From positions 74,494,174 to 74,556,282 of the forward strand of contig NC_068981.1 in NCBI RefSeq assembly GCF_001194135.2: DNA of 62,109 nt, read 5' to 3'. This DNA is from Octopus bimaculoides. Taxonomy: Eukaryota. Of this stretch, positions 11,175 to 25,052 are shown piece after piece. Position 1 is the stretch's first letter, and the number at the start of each line of letters is the position of its first letter. A program made the translations under genes and the position numbers. The notes under the pieces were generated by a model that had not been told where the DNA came from, did no database searches, and saw only the letters and a program-made list of their open reading frames with translations.

Positions 11175-11984
11175 TGAAATCTGATCCAAATCGGAGGTAA
11201 AATAAAATATCGGCTTTTTCGGAATAGCTAGCTCATGGAGGAAGAAAAAGAGAAAAAAAAATTGAGATTTTCTCTCTCTCTTTCTCTCCTTCTTTCTTTT
11301 TGTTTGTAATCCTGTATTTCATGCAACAATAATTAGGATAGTGAAAGATTTATTTTCCAAAAAATTTCAATTTTTTTTTTACATGTTTTCTCCCATGTCC
11401 CATTTCTTATCCATGTGGATTCCCTGAATTCGCCAAAGTATCTTGATTAGTACTAAGATCGGAGATAGATTCAACTATTTACACTTCCTTCTGTAACAAG
11501 AATCAACAGAGGTTTTTTTGAAGTAGTTGTCTCACAAAGTTCCATACATCATAAGAAAGGAAAAGGATAGTTTTTGTTTCTTTCATTTTCCCTTATTCCT
11601 TTGTTTCTTTCAACGAAAATTACGATTCTAAATTTTTTTCCAAAAGTTCAATTTGTTTACTCTTTACATTACGGTACCTCGCTCCTTCTGTACACCATTC
11701 CTTTTCCATAGGTTTCTTCCTGTGCTTTGAGACTTCGCTCTATAACTATTTCAAAACCCCCTGAAATATCTGACCTAAACCACTGACGACCTCTCGTTAT
11801 TAGTAGACGATATCACTCACCCTCTTTTTCACCCCCCCCTCTTCATTTGTTATAAGAGAACGTGTGGGTGAAAACAATAACATGGCATTCAATAAAAAGT
11901 ATTCGGGAGGGAAAAAAATTCTAACTAAAAAGCTACAATTTTTCTCCTCCCGAATGCATTTGAATCGAATCGACGAAGAATTGT

Positions 11985-12180
11985 TTATATGGTCATTCAA
12001 CTGCTAGAAATAGCAGCCGAATCTCTACTTTATACCTCCACCGTCTTTAAGAAAATCTCAGAAAGAACGCACTGAATAATGGTAATACAGTCCCAGATAC
12101 ACTTAAAAAACCCCCCAAAAAACAAGGTTATGTCACGGTTGGAAAGTCTTTCATTTGATCATAGGTCTGCTGGCCTGTGT
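11985..12180 (-). repeat. Unclassified dispersed repeat family J (other copies near 1-80, 3530-3640, 12930-13130, 31510-31680, 32910-33070, 45530-45735)
   Basis: Shared motifs GATTTGGCTGCTATTTCTAGCAGG and CAGACCTATGATCAAA recur in all copies. Confidence 0.7.
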
Positions 12181-14084
12181 CTACAGTTAAAATAAATGAA
12201 TGAATGTAGTATATGCACACACGCATACATGTTCAATATGTAGTTGTATGTTAAAAGCTGTGTGCGTGCGAATTTAATCTTAGTTTCGAAATATAGGAAC
12301 TCTTCGACTGATATTTTTTTCATATGTTTAATTCTTGCGAAAAGGTAACATTTATCGTCACTGTTAAAGACTTTTTGCTATAAGTCACAGCAAGTAAATT
12401 CCCGTCTTTATTTTCCCCTATTTTGCTTTTTGTCTTTCTATTGCTTTCATATAGTCAAAGTACTTGTTGCTGCTTGCTACCGCTGCCCATCTTCCTCGTC
12501 CTCCCCTTTTTCGATACTCCGCCCACACATTTAATTTTTTTCTTCTTTCTCTCTCCCCTTTAATCAAACTATAACCATATCATATCAAAGGATGCCTGCC
12601 CCGACGTTGTTACTAAACCTAACAACACACACGCATACGACACGCAATATCTCGAGAAAAAAATAGGTGTGATGTTCACGACTGGAACGCTTTAAGTCTG
12701 CTCGATCAGAGCCGACTTGTAAGCTAATACAACCACCGCTATTAACCTACATGTATGTCTTATACACTAGTTAATTAAGGACTCGAGTGTTCTGTTTCTT
12801 CTGTCAATCGATTCACATAACTTTTTTTTTCCCACACTTCTAGTCTGTCTCTCACTCACTCATGCTGCTCTGAAACTGCTAAGTCACTAAAGTTACTTTG
12901 CTGGTGGTTGTTTAGTTTCTGTCTGGACAACCCTGATTAAACAGATCAATGTGATTCAAAAGCGCTCCAGAGTCGACTATCTTGTTATTTTATTATTTTT
13001 CTTTTTTACTTAGTATATCTAGGTCTACATTATCTAGTGTATCCTTTTCAGTTTTTTAAACAGAAAGATGACAATAATGTACGCACATTTTGAGAGATTT
13101 GGTTAGTTTTAGGAGGCCTAGCGCATGTAGACGTTCTCTCGTTGGTTTTTAGTTTTAAGGAACTTTTTTTTTATATTCGGTTTCTCCTCCTCTTCTTATT
13201 AACAATTTAATTTTATTATTGTAGTCTTAAAATTCATAATTATATTTTCTGCCTGAAGTTTTGGGAAGGGGCTAGTCGGTTATATGAACACACCTCTTCC
13301 CGCACTAATTAACTGGTACTTATTTTATCGACCTCAAAAGGCAAAGTCTATGTTGGTGGAATTTGAACTTGGAACGTAAAGACGGATGAAATGTTGCTGA
13401 CAATTTTATTTTTGAAGTAACAATCTTAATTTTGATTTCAAATGTTAGTACAAGGCTGACTTGGTCACGGCTTTAATATTGAAAACTCTAACAGTTTTAT
13501 CATTCATTTATGTAAAATACTTATGGTACATTTTTATACATTTTTTATGTAAAACTTAGGCATTACCGAACCGGCATTAATCTTGTTAGAAAAAAAATAG
13601 CAAAACGAAACAAAATCATTTTCCTACCATTTGGATGCTTTAAAAATCTTAAACTATATATATATTTTAGGAGTGGGTTTTGAAATTTGTTTCTTGGACC
13701 AACCCCATATTTTTTTTTAAGTTGCTGTTGGGAAAGGAATGTGTATCACAATACAGAACCGCCAAAGCTAGTTAAAGACCACTTATGTAGTATAACTAAT
13801 ACTCATGAAATGGAATGAACTTCACATTTTCCGTTCACAGTAATGTTCTTTAGCTCTTTTAGAAACCTTGTGGCAATCTTTCGGACTTCTCATATTCTCC
13901 GAAAGATTATCAACCGTGTTTCGGAACATTGCTGGGGGCGATATCACAATAAATTAAGTGCAACATTTCGTAAAAATAAATTTTGAAGTCTGTATTACAG
14001 GTTATTCATTTATTTATATTTTGCTTTTACTCTTACATCAGTTAAACTCTTTGCCTGTCCTGTGTATCATAACGTAATAAACCT

Positions 14085-14945
14085 TAGATATGTTTCGACC
14101 AAAGATCGGTCCAGGACATGTCTAACTTAATAGCACCACCTGATAGGATTATCTAAATCCTTTTTAAGTCAAGTTTTGTGGTATCATGGTCCATTCGAGT
14201 AGGGAGTTCTTGTTGAGTGGGTTGTATTCAGGTATAGGTGGTTTATTCCTTCAAGAAATTTGTCCAGATTCTGTTTAAAGGTGATGGGATCTTTTTCCTC
14301 TTTGATCTGTTTTGGGACAATGTTAAATAGGGCAGGGCCTGTTGAAGAAAATAAATTGTGTTGCAGTGTATTTATGTGTTCTCATCCTGAATTGAGTAGC
14401 TGGCGTATGGCCCGTGGTCCCAGCCTTGGATGAATTTTGAAGCTAATGTTGAGGTTGTTTGGGCAATTCTGGCAGTATATTCTCCACATCTTGCAAATGA
14501 TGTATCACTCGCGGAGGCACTGGTGAGAGTAGAGTTTCAATGCTTTAAGGCAGTCCCGGTAGTCGAGATCAGTCATGCCCTTAATTCGTGTAGTGAATGC
14601 TCTCTGGGGTGATTCAATTTTCGAAATGTTTTGTATGGGGAGACCAGTAGGGGGAACAGTATTGGAGGTGTGGCCATACAAACGAGGAGAAAATGGAATG
14701 ATGACACCTTGTCCTCTGGACCGGAAGGTTCTTAAGATCCAGGGGCTCATCCTACGAGCTATATCGACCTTATTGTTGATGTGGGCACTCCAACTGAGAT
14801 TGTCATCAACAATTACTCCTAGGTCTCTGATATTATTAGATGCTGTGAAAGGTTTCCCTAAAGGAAGAGAGTATGGTTGTTTCAGTTTTTTTCCCCAAAT
14901 GCATCAGCTCAAAATTTCCCTCGTTTAGTTGCATTTTGTACATAG
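14085..14945 (-). mobile_element. CR1-type LINE 3' fragment (post-RT C-terminus and 3' end), decayed
   Basis: Minus-strand translation MQLNEGNFELMHLG...SNNIRDLGVIVDDNLSWSAHI...WILRTFRSR...IESPQRAFTTRIKGMTDLDYRDCLKALKLYS follows the CR1/Jockey-group C-terminal pattern, with frameshifts and stops. Confidence 0.85.
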
Positions 14946-17421
14946 GACAAGCATCAAATATGATACATATTCTCAATTTTTTCAATCTCCAAAGTAACTT
15001 GGGACTTACATGAACCTATGAAACAAGGGGCGAACTAGAAGTCTGAAAACAAAGCATTGCTGTATAGGATAATCTTATGAAAATGTTTTGGACAAGCAAA
15101 AGGTTAAAACGAAAGCGCTGTTATTATTTCTTACGGCAACGAAGCTAATTCATCTCTGCAGTAGAAGTATAAAACTGTATGTCTGATCCATTGAAATAAA
15201 AAGTTCAGTGTGATACCATAAAAACAGCTGGTGTGTTGGGGAGAATCAAAACAAAATAAAGTTTGAATAATCCAGACAAGTGGTGGAATAGAAGTTAAGT
15301 TGAAAATGCAGAGCACGAATTCTATATTTAAAATATAAGAATACACACACACACCAGTATTATATATAAAGAGAAAGTTCCATACGTAGTTAAATTTTAG
15401 TAACTAAAACCCAGTTTATTACTAAGTTGACAAGTCTGTGTGTGATAGTTTGTTTACTGACAGATTACTTGTGAAGGACTAGCTAGGTCTCTTTAACAGA
15501 AGAAATTCGCCCCATGTTTATTAATTCGTTTATCGTCAACAGTATCCATTGAGAAATAAATATGTCCTGTCGTAATGCATCTCAAAGTTTCACCCACTCC
15601 ATGATTCATCTATCACTTGTAAGTATTAGCCTCCTTCCGGATATGTAGGTGGCAGCATGTTGGTAAAAGCGTGAGAATAAAAGACTTCTTTAAAATGCTT
15701 TAAAGGAAGACCATTATCAGATCATCTTAGGATTTTAGAGAATGTAGCTTGTATTAAGACACAACAAAGCTTGAATTAAAATTAGCGAGAGAGAGAAAAA
15801 AAAAGAAAAGAAAATCACGAGCAGTCAGCGAAGCAAGCCTGAGATCCAGTTTCAGGTCCCATCTCTGCCCAGTTTTCTTTATAAGGACTTGTGAAAGACA
15901 GTAGGATTGATTGTACATTTTGAAAGGTCAAACAACTGATTTTATTTGAAGCTGTAACGTGCAATATTAGGTCTGTCGATTATGATTAGTTTAAACACTT
16001 TGCCTATCAAGCTCATTTAGCGCCATATTAAGTATATAACACTAAGAGTCACCGGCGACTTCTGTGGTAGGCAAAGCGTTCTTACAGAAATCGTTATATT
16101 CTAGTAAAACTAGAGGATTCGAAAGTTAGGTAAAGGCACCAATAAATAATCAAGCAAAGAGCTGTTTCAAATTGACGTTAATCTTGGATGTACCCTAAAT
16201 TATATTCGCTCTTATTTGGATTTAGGATATTAAGACATTTAACAATTGTTTATGATAGGTCCATTAATCGATAAACAAGTCGAAAACAAAATGAATCTTG
16301 AAATACCATCAATACAACAATGAAAAAAACATTAAAAAAAAACATTCTGCAGTTTCGTACTCATTTCCACAACTCTAAGATAAACGGATATTTCTAAATG
16401 AAATTTTGCACATTTACGTTAGAATGTAGATTACAATTGTTGAAGGAGGTTCGGGTCAATTTCCTTCTCCAACTTTGGTTGTCACCAGCTTCCATATTTT
16501 CACTCTCTTTCTTATTCCTCTACTAAGCATCAATGCATTTTAAAGAGAGTTATGGAGGAAATAATGCTTGTGGAGGAATGGGAGAGAATGCTCCGACCCC
16601 CCTTTTTTTTTTCTTTAGTATTATCCAAAATGTATCTCTGCAAAATTTCACTAAATGTGCATATTTCAGGAAGTTATAAGTACTCCACTAGCTTCTGGTG
16701 GGGGTACACCTAACCAATTATTGCTTATTCCAATACGTACTTAAATCACTACGTTCTTCGTTTATTTTAGTTAAGAAACTTGAGGTGCGTCAATAGATAA
16801 ACTATCAGATCAAAGATTTCGAAAACTAATCCAGATAGTTTTAACTATGAAACCCAAGCGAGATGAACTTAGATTATTACATTAAAAGTTAGAAGAACAA
16901 AAATAATTCCTGTACAAATTTTACTAATTTTTGATGAAATTATAACGTTGATCGAGCAGACATATATGGTCGTGACCAATCCGTCATATTTCATATCAGA
17001 GACTACTCAAGACTGTTTGTGTAACTTGTTCTTTCATTGTTGAAAGCGCCGTATTCCCATTTTGTTCGTAAAGGAAAACGGTTTAGTGAAGAAGTATCAC
17101 TTTGATCCTTATTTTATCATTAATTTCTTTTTTAAAGTTTTACGCTAGCATAGAAATATGTATGTCTTAATGAGTTCTAATTTTTTTAAAAGTAGCAAGC
17201 TTGATAAAGCAAAAATAAAACGAAACATTAACTTAATTTTTAGAATCAAGAAGGAAACCTGAACATGGGTTTTTCTAAGAATTTTTATATCAAAGAATAA
17301 ACCTATATTTCTTAAAACGGTATTTTTTCGTTTCTAAGAATTTGTATTTCTTAGAATCAACTTGAACTTCTTAAATTGTGGCGGAAGTCGGTTTCTTCGC
17401 GAAAACTACATCAATTTAAAA

Positions 17422-17663
17422 CAGCTTAATCATTCAAACTTTTTGACTTGCGGACCCCTTTATATTTCAGGCTTTACCTTAGGGACCCCCTTATAAACGC
17501 TTATGAAATTTATAACAAATAGGTTTATTGTCAATTAAAAGATTTCGATTAAAAAACATATATAAAATCAAATTGCCCATAAAAAGTATTTGCTGTCCAC
17601 GGACCCCCTGTCTTGTCCTTGCGGACCCCCTGTGGTCCGCAGGCCACAGTTTGAAAACCCCTG
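17422..17663. mobile_element. hAT-type MITE with 8-bp TSD
   Basis: Ends CAG...TTCAAACT and AGTTTGAAAACCCCTG; flanks ATTTAAAA (17414-17421) and ATTTAAAC (17664-17671); internal GCGGACCCC repeats. Confidence 0.75.
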
Positions 17664-20312
17664 ATTTAAACGAAATGACTCGATTAAAAATTCTCAATAT
17701 ATTTGTGTTTAATGGAATTATTATTACACACAGGGTTATCCATATACAACATGTAACTGTAAGTTCGTATATTTATTCTGCAACGTGTGTCTGCTCCAAC
17801 TATTGGAACGAGTCAAGTTTTTCAAAAGAGCACAACACAAGTTTTGGGAAATGAATATCTGAAAATCTTAAACAAAATTTCTCTAGGATTGGCACCAGAT
17901 ATTACCAGCACTAATCTGGTATAGAAAACGGGCAAACATAACTGGCGGGTTGATGGCTGTTAAATGGATATTTGAAAATATTCAGATGGAATAGATCCAT
18001 TCTGAATGCTAAGATTATCATTTATAAGTTATATCCTTTATTCTCTCTTTCGTGGTATTTCCTTTATTAGTAAGAATAGAGAGAAATAATGTTAAAAGCC
18101 TTCTAGTAAGATTCATCAGTGCAGCATAAAAACCTGCTTCCTTTCATTTATTAATACACTTTTAGTTTAGGAAGTGTTTTGCCTGTAATATTATTTAAAG
18201 TTATCCCTTTCTTTTTCCTTCACCTCAACCACGATTTTAAAAAGCGTATGTGTAGGGGAAGACTCCGTGGATATAATTGTATATTTCTCTTTAAATTATT
18301 TCACTTACAGTGTTACTACTAAAACTATAAAATTATTTATTTAAAAAAAATCTTTACATAAAATTAAACCCTAACAAAACACCATAGAGAAAAAAACCCT
18401 AACTCCCCATTGAGAAATGCATCTTCCCACCGAGCAAAATTCTTCCAGTTACCATATTTTTATTTGCAAAACTTGCACTCCCGCTTTAATGTGATATCCA
18501 CTTGTCTTCGTTGTTTACTTAGTGTGGGGGTAACAGGGGAAAACTTTCTTATTTGTATATTTTTTCATTTTTAGACGATTATATCCATATCCTATTTCTA
18601 TCTTTAGTTTTAAATTACCAACCTCTTTGGAGCACACACATACGCTGCATATATATATGTGTGCCCATTTTTAACCGCCATTATCTTTCCCCTTCACACA
18701 CTTTTTTTTAAGTCGCCCTTTTTTGTTGACACTTAAGTCTGTCTAGTCATCAACTCCCTTTTCTTTATTCTTCAATTCCCACCAGACAATCACACCCTCA
18801 TTCCCCAACTTAAAAAGTGGATGTAGGGGAGTCACAAAGATGGTGCTACTGTTTCCAAATTCTAATTCTCTCCCTACCATCGCTTACAACCTTTACTTGT
18901 ACATTTGTTTATGTTATAAGTGACAATATTAAAAACATAAATTATAAGAAATCGTCATCATCATTATTATTATTACTAAAAAGAAACCGTTTCTATTAAA
19001 AGAACTATAATTATTATTAAAATAAATCTTCCCTCTTATTAATACTAGAAATCATTGTATGCGCGCAGCCGTGTGCTCCGAAGTCTGCAATTAGAACAAA
19101 ACTGCGCGCAGAAATATGGTCTCCGGAAAATGATGCCAGTGATTTTTCTGACGAAAGAATGAACTTGGAAGTTGTTGCTGTAGTGTATAGTTTATTTTTC
19201 TGATGTTCATGCACTCTTTAACACTACTCAACACTAAGCGCAGACGTATTGTCACTGGTTTGTTAGTGTGCACTATTACGTTCCTTAGAAAAGACATTTC
19301 TGTTCTTAAATCGGATCTAGTTCAAAACGGCGGCGCCAGTATTTTCTTAACGAAACACTTTGAAACTTGGGACACTGGTAGAATGTGTCATATAAAACAT
19401 CTTTTTCTCTTAGTCTTCTTAAGAAAAATTATTATATTGCAACTTATTTCATGTTAAAGTTGTCGTATTTCTGTAATTTCAACCAATGACTGACGTCCAT
19501 TCAGCCGAATACAGTAAGTGCTGACTACGTAAACAAACGATTCTCAAACGATTCTGGCGGTGATAAAAGTATTATTTCCTTGTCAAAAAANNNNNNNNNN
19601 NNNNNNNNNNNNNNNNNNNNNNNNNNNNNNNNNNNNNNNNNNNNNNNNNNNNNNNAAGGTCTGGTTTTTGAGGGAAGGGTTAGGGTTAGGACAAATGTTG
19701 TACACATACAGTTCAGGCAGATGTTAACGAAATTATATTAAAAATAAAACGAAGGAAAACGAACACACGTGTGTTGCCTCTCAGCAAAATGTTAGAAGTA
19801 ATGGAGATTAAATACGCTTTACACCGCTTAAACTGCCAAAGGAGTAACTGTAAACAGCTGAATACTTGTCAGTGATTGGTTGAAATTATCGAAATAAGAC
19901 ATTTTTTTACATGAAATAACTTCGAATACAAAAATTTTTTTCTGTTCTATAACACAGAGTATATAAGTATACGAAGTTTGAAAGTCTTTCGGTACCAAAA
20001 ACACTACATAAAACATAAATGAAAACTGGTGCCCCCGTTTTGAACTAGATCCCTTAAATCTTACATAAATGTCATACACTATACCTTCTATAAGAAATTA
20101 ATAACACTTCACTTGTAAACGATATCAAACTTCAAAACAGTTTTTCTCGACTTTTCTTGTCTCATGCCCCCTTCGATTAACACAGAAAAATATTGCGCCC
20201 CCGTATGAATGGCAAAGTTAGTATATATGTTGAAAAAGTTTTAATTAGATATTTATTGCAAGTTTTATTCACTTGTTACTTACGCCCTATTCTGAGGTAT
20301 CCTACACTACTG

Positions 20313-20571
20313 AAATATTGGTTTCAGATTTTGACACAAGGCCAGTAATTCCGGGGGGAGGGAGTAGTGAGTCGATTACATCGACCTCAGAGTTCAACTG
20401 GTACTTATTTTATTGACCCCGAAAGGATGAAAGCCAGAATTGACCTAAATGGAATTTGAACTTAGAAGGTAAGGACAGTCAAAATGCCAGACACATCCTT
20501 AGCACACCAGACAAAATGCCACTAAGCATTTTTGTCTGGTTTTCTAAGGATTCTGCCAGCTCACTGCCTTA
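20313..20571 (-). mobile_element. Family-B SINE
   Basis: Full head-body-tail in reverse complement. Confidence 0.85.
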
Positions 20572-22165
20572 GATTCCATTATAATAAGGAGACAGCATTC
20601 TTTGGGGTCATAAGCTGAAGCATGTCTGTGAGTGTTTTTATGTTAACCAGTTGAGTGATCTTTTTCCAGATGCATTCCAGGATAGAAACCTCTCTCTTTC
20701 CCTCTCACACACACACACACACGCAGTAATTTATCAATAACAACTGAGAAGACCGTAGTTCAATAAAGGATTCTGTACATTATACATGGTAGAGTGTAAG
20801 TATGTATTCTTTTAAGACATATGACTTTACAGGAACACTACCATTTCAATACATCATCCTATCTTATCAAAGGTTAGAATATGATACTTGTACTAAGCTG
20901 AGCCTTTAAGCAGAATCTTCAATTGTCTGACCTTTGGTAACATGCTATGGTGTACTGAAACAGAAGCATTCCTTTAAAATTACACTTCTTGAGTAAATGT
21001 GTGTATATCTATCTATTTATCTACCAACTGACCGGCTATCTTATAATTGATATCTATATTGTTTATACTCCTCTACCATCATTTTCCCTTGGGAATCTGT
21101 CTTTATGCATCTTATTCATGTGTTATACGATGTGTGTGTGTGTGTTTGTAACAGTATGCAAATAAGCAGTATCTGTTTGAATATATGTATGTGTATATAT
21201 ATATATATATATATATNNNNNNNNNNNNNNNNNNNNNNNNNNNNNNNNNNNNNNNNNNNNNNNNNNNNNNNNNNNNNNNNNNNNNNTATATAGCAACTTT
21301 TGTATTTTCATTCTATGACATTTTTAATATGCAAGGGCCCATAGTTTTTTCAAGGTCGTACTATCATCAGAGTGTCAGACAAAATGCTTCTAGTATTTAA
21401 TTACAGTCTTTTAAGTTCTGAGTTCAAATCTTGCTGTGATCAGCTTTGTCCTTCATCCTCCTGCAGTTGATGAAATAAAGTATTATCCTCTGTAGTCAAT
21501 TTGCTTTCCTTGTAAAGCAGTGGTTTTGAAACCTTGTCAAAAGCACACTGCCCCACACATTGACTCAGAAACAAAATTTGAAGCTTTTTTGTTCTCACAC
21601 CCCCAAAATAAATGTGATGTTTTTTGCTCCTCGCCCCTTTATACTTGAGAAAACGAAATTAAGTTTGCATTTATATAGTACTACTTCCTTTGCCATAGTG
21701 TTGATCGAGTTTAACCTTTTTGTTGCCATATTTCTGTTGAAATACACAATCTTTGTTTCAGTTGATTCAGTAAGTAATGAAGAAATTATAATAACTATCT
21801 TTATTAAGCTGATGTTAGGAACATAAATTACCATGAAATTTTGATGGAAGATTTTAAACTCTGTTCACTTCAAAAACATGAAGTTTGTATCAAAGAACCA
21901 TAAGGAAATACTATTCCATATTTTTGGGATGGTGCTCCAGCATGGCCGCGGTCAAATTACTGAAACAAGTAAAAGAGTAATAGATGGATAGGTGTCCTCA
22001 TTTTGATAACAACAAACAAGACAAGGACACCTATCCGTCCATTGTAAATAATGAACCATAAGGAGTCTCAGGCAGATTGGTATCGGAATGGTCAAGAAAT
22101 TTAAAAAGCACCTTGAGTTCTGTCTTGATTGGTTTTTGTAATCTCTGGTGATATTGCTATCTTAA

Positions 22166-22380
22166 CCCTTTAACATTTAAACCAGCTATATCTGCCCAAA
22201 ATATTCTACTCGTTTTATGTTCAAATTGGCCAGATCTAGCATCTCATACCTACCCTACCGTGTCATCCTAAAAACATACAATCACACCAACAAAATCTCG
22301 AAGCTATGAGATAATACATGATCAATTCATAACAATGGGAATAAATGAACATTACATTTGATAATCTGAATGTCAAAGGG
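22166..22380 (+). mobile_element. piggyBac-type MITE (family G)
   Basis: TTAA-CCCTTTAACATT ... AATGTCAAAGGG-TAAA; the interior is shared with the copies at 44798, 46551 and 49110. Confidence 0.75.
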
Positions 22381-22467
22381 TAAAGCATTCTCAGACAGTT
22401 TGTACTCAGCTTTTTCCTTTCTCTTCACTCATATTATTGCCTACTTACACACCATTTTCCCTATATG

Positions 22468-22861
22468 TGGAGGCACAATGGCCCAGTGGTTAGGACAGCG
22501 GACTCGCGGACGTAGGATCGCGGTTTCGATTCCCAGACCGGGCGTTGTGAGTGTTTATTGAGCGAAAACACCTAAAGCTCCACGAGGCTCCGGCAGGGGA
22601 TGGTGGCGAACCCTGCTGTACTCTTTCACCACAACTTTCTCTCACTCTTTCTTCCTGTTCTTGTTGTACCTGTATTTCGAAGGGCCAGCCTTCTCGTACT
22701 CTGTGTCATGCTGAATCTCCCTAAGAACTACGTTAAAGGTACACGTGTCTGTGGGATGCTCTGCCACTTGCACGTTAATTTCACGAGCAGGCTGTTCCAT
22801 TGATTGGATCAACAGGAACCCTTGTTGTCGTAATCGACGGAGTGCCAACAACAACAACAAC
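22468..22861 (+). mobile_element. Family-C tRNA-headed SINE with (AAC)n tail and long TSD
   Basis: A-box TGGCCCAGTGG, B-box GTTTCGATTCC and tail GAGTGCCAACAACAAC; flanks CACACCATTTTCCCTAT and CACACCGTTTTCTCTAT. Confidence 0.9.
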
Positions 22862-22899
22862 ACACCGTTTTCTCTATGTACATAATTTTTTCAATCCTG

Positions 22900-24046
22900 T
22901 GAAATTCTTATAAAACTGTAAAAGAATGAGTTGTAAATAACATTGTCAATTTTTGAACTGTTAACTTCATCTTTGAAGATAGAAGACTTCTTAATACTTA
23001 CAACTTCTTTTACATTTTAATTGGGTTTGATTTCTGATTATCATCAAGTGATCTGTTTACTTGGCCATTGATGCATGTTGAGTATTGTTGCAATAGACAA
23101 AATCAGCTGATGTCATCACTGAACTTACTGACTAGTTTATCATTAAGTGTTATATGTTCTACATCATTTGATTTCTTTCTAAAAGATTCTGTTGTGGTTC
23201 TCTATTAATCATGGAAATTCCATTCCATAACAGAGTATGATTTCCCATCTCACACCGTATATGTTCAATCATTTTTCACTTAAATGCTTCTCAAGATCTT
23301 CTGCAAATATATGACATGTTCTTGGTTTTTCATTCAGTTTAATTTGTGTACCTCAGTTGTCTGAGTTTAGATCTTTACCCTTATTAATACTTCTTGGCTT
23401 AATTATATAACATCTGCCAATTATATTGATTATAATGATATAATTTTACTTTTATGAGTTTGTGTTGCAAGATTCCTGATGTGGAACTGTGTGTTGAAAC
23501 AGATATTGTTGCATTTCGGATTGGTAATTTCTTTTTCTTTTTTTCCAAATAAATACGCACACTATATGTTTGTTCTTCACTTGTTTATTACCGTTCTTAT
23601 TTTAACTCATGTCTTGTCCGGAAATCTTTTTATTTCTTTATTGCCCACAAGGAGCTAAACACAGAGGGGACAAGCAAGGACAAAGGGATTAAGTCGATTA
23701 CATCGACCCCAGTGTGTAACTGGTACTTTATTTATTGACCCCGAAAGGATGAAAGGCAAAGTCGACCTCGGTGGAATTTGAACTCAGAACATAACGGCAG
23801 ACGAAATACCGCTAAGCATTTCACCCAGCGTACTAACGTTTCTGCCAAGCTCGCCGTCTTCAAACTAACGTTTCTGCCAAGCCCGCCACCTTCTTGTTTG
23901 CAAATCTTTTGTCACACATCTGTGACCTCTCCAGCAACACTTTCCGTCTTCATGTGTGCTCTGGCTCTACTTAGTTCATTCTGTTCTTCTATATTAGAAC
24001 AACAATAAACAAATGAAGAACAAATATATAGTGTGTGTTTATTTGG
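22900..24046. mobile_element. Possible Penelope-like relic: decayed RT-like patch (-) plus terminal repeat with inverted duplication
   Basis: Weak minus-strand motifs (WNGISM; KFSDDI); a CTGATGT-GGAAC-TGTGT-GTT-GAAAC motif at 23476; inverted repeat 23545-23596 / 23997-24046. Confidence 0.35.
23632..23890 (-). mobile_element. Family-B SINE with duplicated 5' head
   Basis: CTAACGTTTCTGCCAAGC occurs twice in tandem; flanked by AAATCTTTT on both sides (possible TSD). Confidence 0.85.
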
Positions 24047-24469
24047 GGGTGGGGAGAAAAAAAACAACAACAACAAAAATGTCTATCCCGAAATACAACA
24101 ATAATGTATTTACTTATGTATGTGGAGGCGCATGATTTAGTGGTTAGAGGTGTAGGATTCAGGATTGTGAAGTTGTGGTTTCAATACTCAGACTGGGCAA
24201 CACGTTATTTTTGAGCAAAACATCTTCAGTTCATGTTGTTCCACTTCACTTAGGTGACAAAGATGAGTAATTTTTTAACAGACTGGTATCCCCTGCTCAA
24301 GGGGCAATATATGTACCACAGAAACTGGGAAACCAGCCCTATGAGTAGATATAGCTCAGGAAGGGTCACACTGGAAACCAAACAATCTCACACCATTAGT
24401 GAAAAGTAATAGTTACTATTGCCTTATATATTTCTGCAGAATTTCTTTGTCTTGAATTCCACCCATAAG

Positions 24470-24800
24470 ATATTGTCATGGCAGCTTTATCTCGTATCTG
24501 CATGTTTATTTACTTCTTTGCTGAACGCTTCTTTCACGGTGATGCCATTGATGACTCTGTAGACCAGTTCTTGCATAGAAAAATCAATGCTGACAGAGGA
24601 TGAGGTTGATTTTGTCGAGCCCCTCTCTCCAGCCACTCGATTCCTTCCTTTTCTCTTCTGGTAGCTTCAACAAGATATAGGCCAGGTATAAAGAAGATAT
24701 TTGCCCAAGATGCTCTGTTGAGGGATGAAACCCAGAACCACATAGCTGTGCAATAAACTTTCTAAGCAAACTACTGAAAAGTCAATTACTAGCCTGTCTG
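24470..24800 (-). pseudogene. Highly decayed LINE reverse-transcriptase remnant
   Basis: Colinear across frames: QLCGSGFHP...ISSLY, WLERGARQNQPHPLSALIF (RGVRQGDPLSPLLF-like) and HDNIL (ADD-like). Confidence 0.35.
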
Positions 24801-25000
24801 ATAATTAGAGGTATGGAGTAATTACAGTTCAGGGTTGTTGATTTATTCCAGATGGCTTTAGAAGTACCTATTCTTGATGGGTAGGTGAGAGCTGAAGCAA
24901 TATAGAATTTAGTTGCGAGCAGTAGAAATAGCAGCCAGCTGCAAAAAGCTATTTTTACAGCTGTTTGCACATGTATAACTTTTTGGTGGTATCATGAACA

Positions 25001-25052
<52 letters not shown>

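Noticed and set aside
16370-16680. TIR element suggested by TGAAATTTTGCA / TGCAAAATTTCA
   Set aside because: Only a 12-bp exact inverted match with ragged flanks and no TSD; possibly an old DNA element but not supportable.
19676-19690. Interstitial telomere (TTAGGG)
   Set aside because: Only two units; better explained as a Helentron-like element motif next to a gap.
18990-20290. DNA-transposon-like sequence on both sides of the 19591-19655 gap
   Set aside because: It looks repeat-derived, but no matching termini, TSD or coding motif could be established.
22468-22545. tRNA genes at SINE heads (also 25755, 40880-40957, 53926, 58773)
   Set aside because: A/B boxes are present, but there is no complete cloverleaf or acceptor stem, and each continues into a SINE body and tail.
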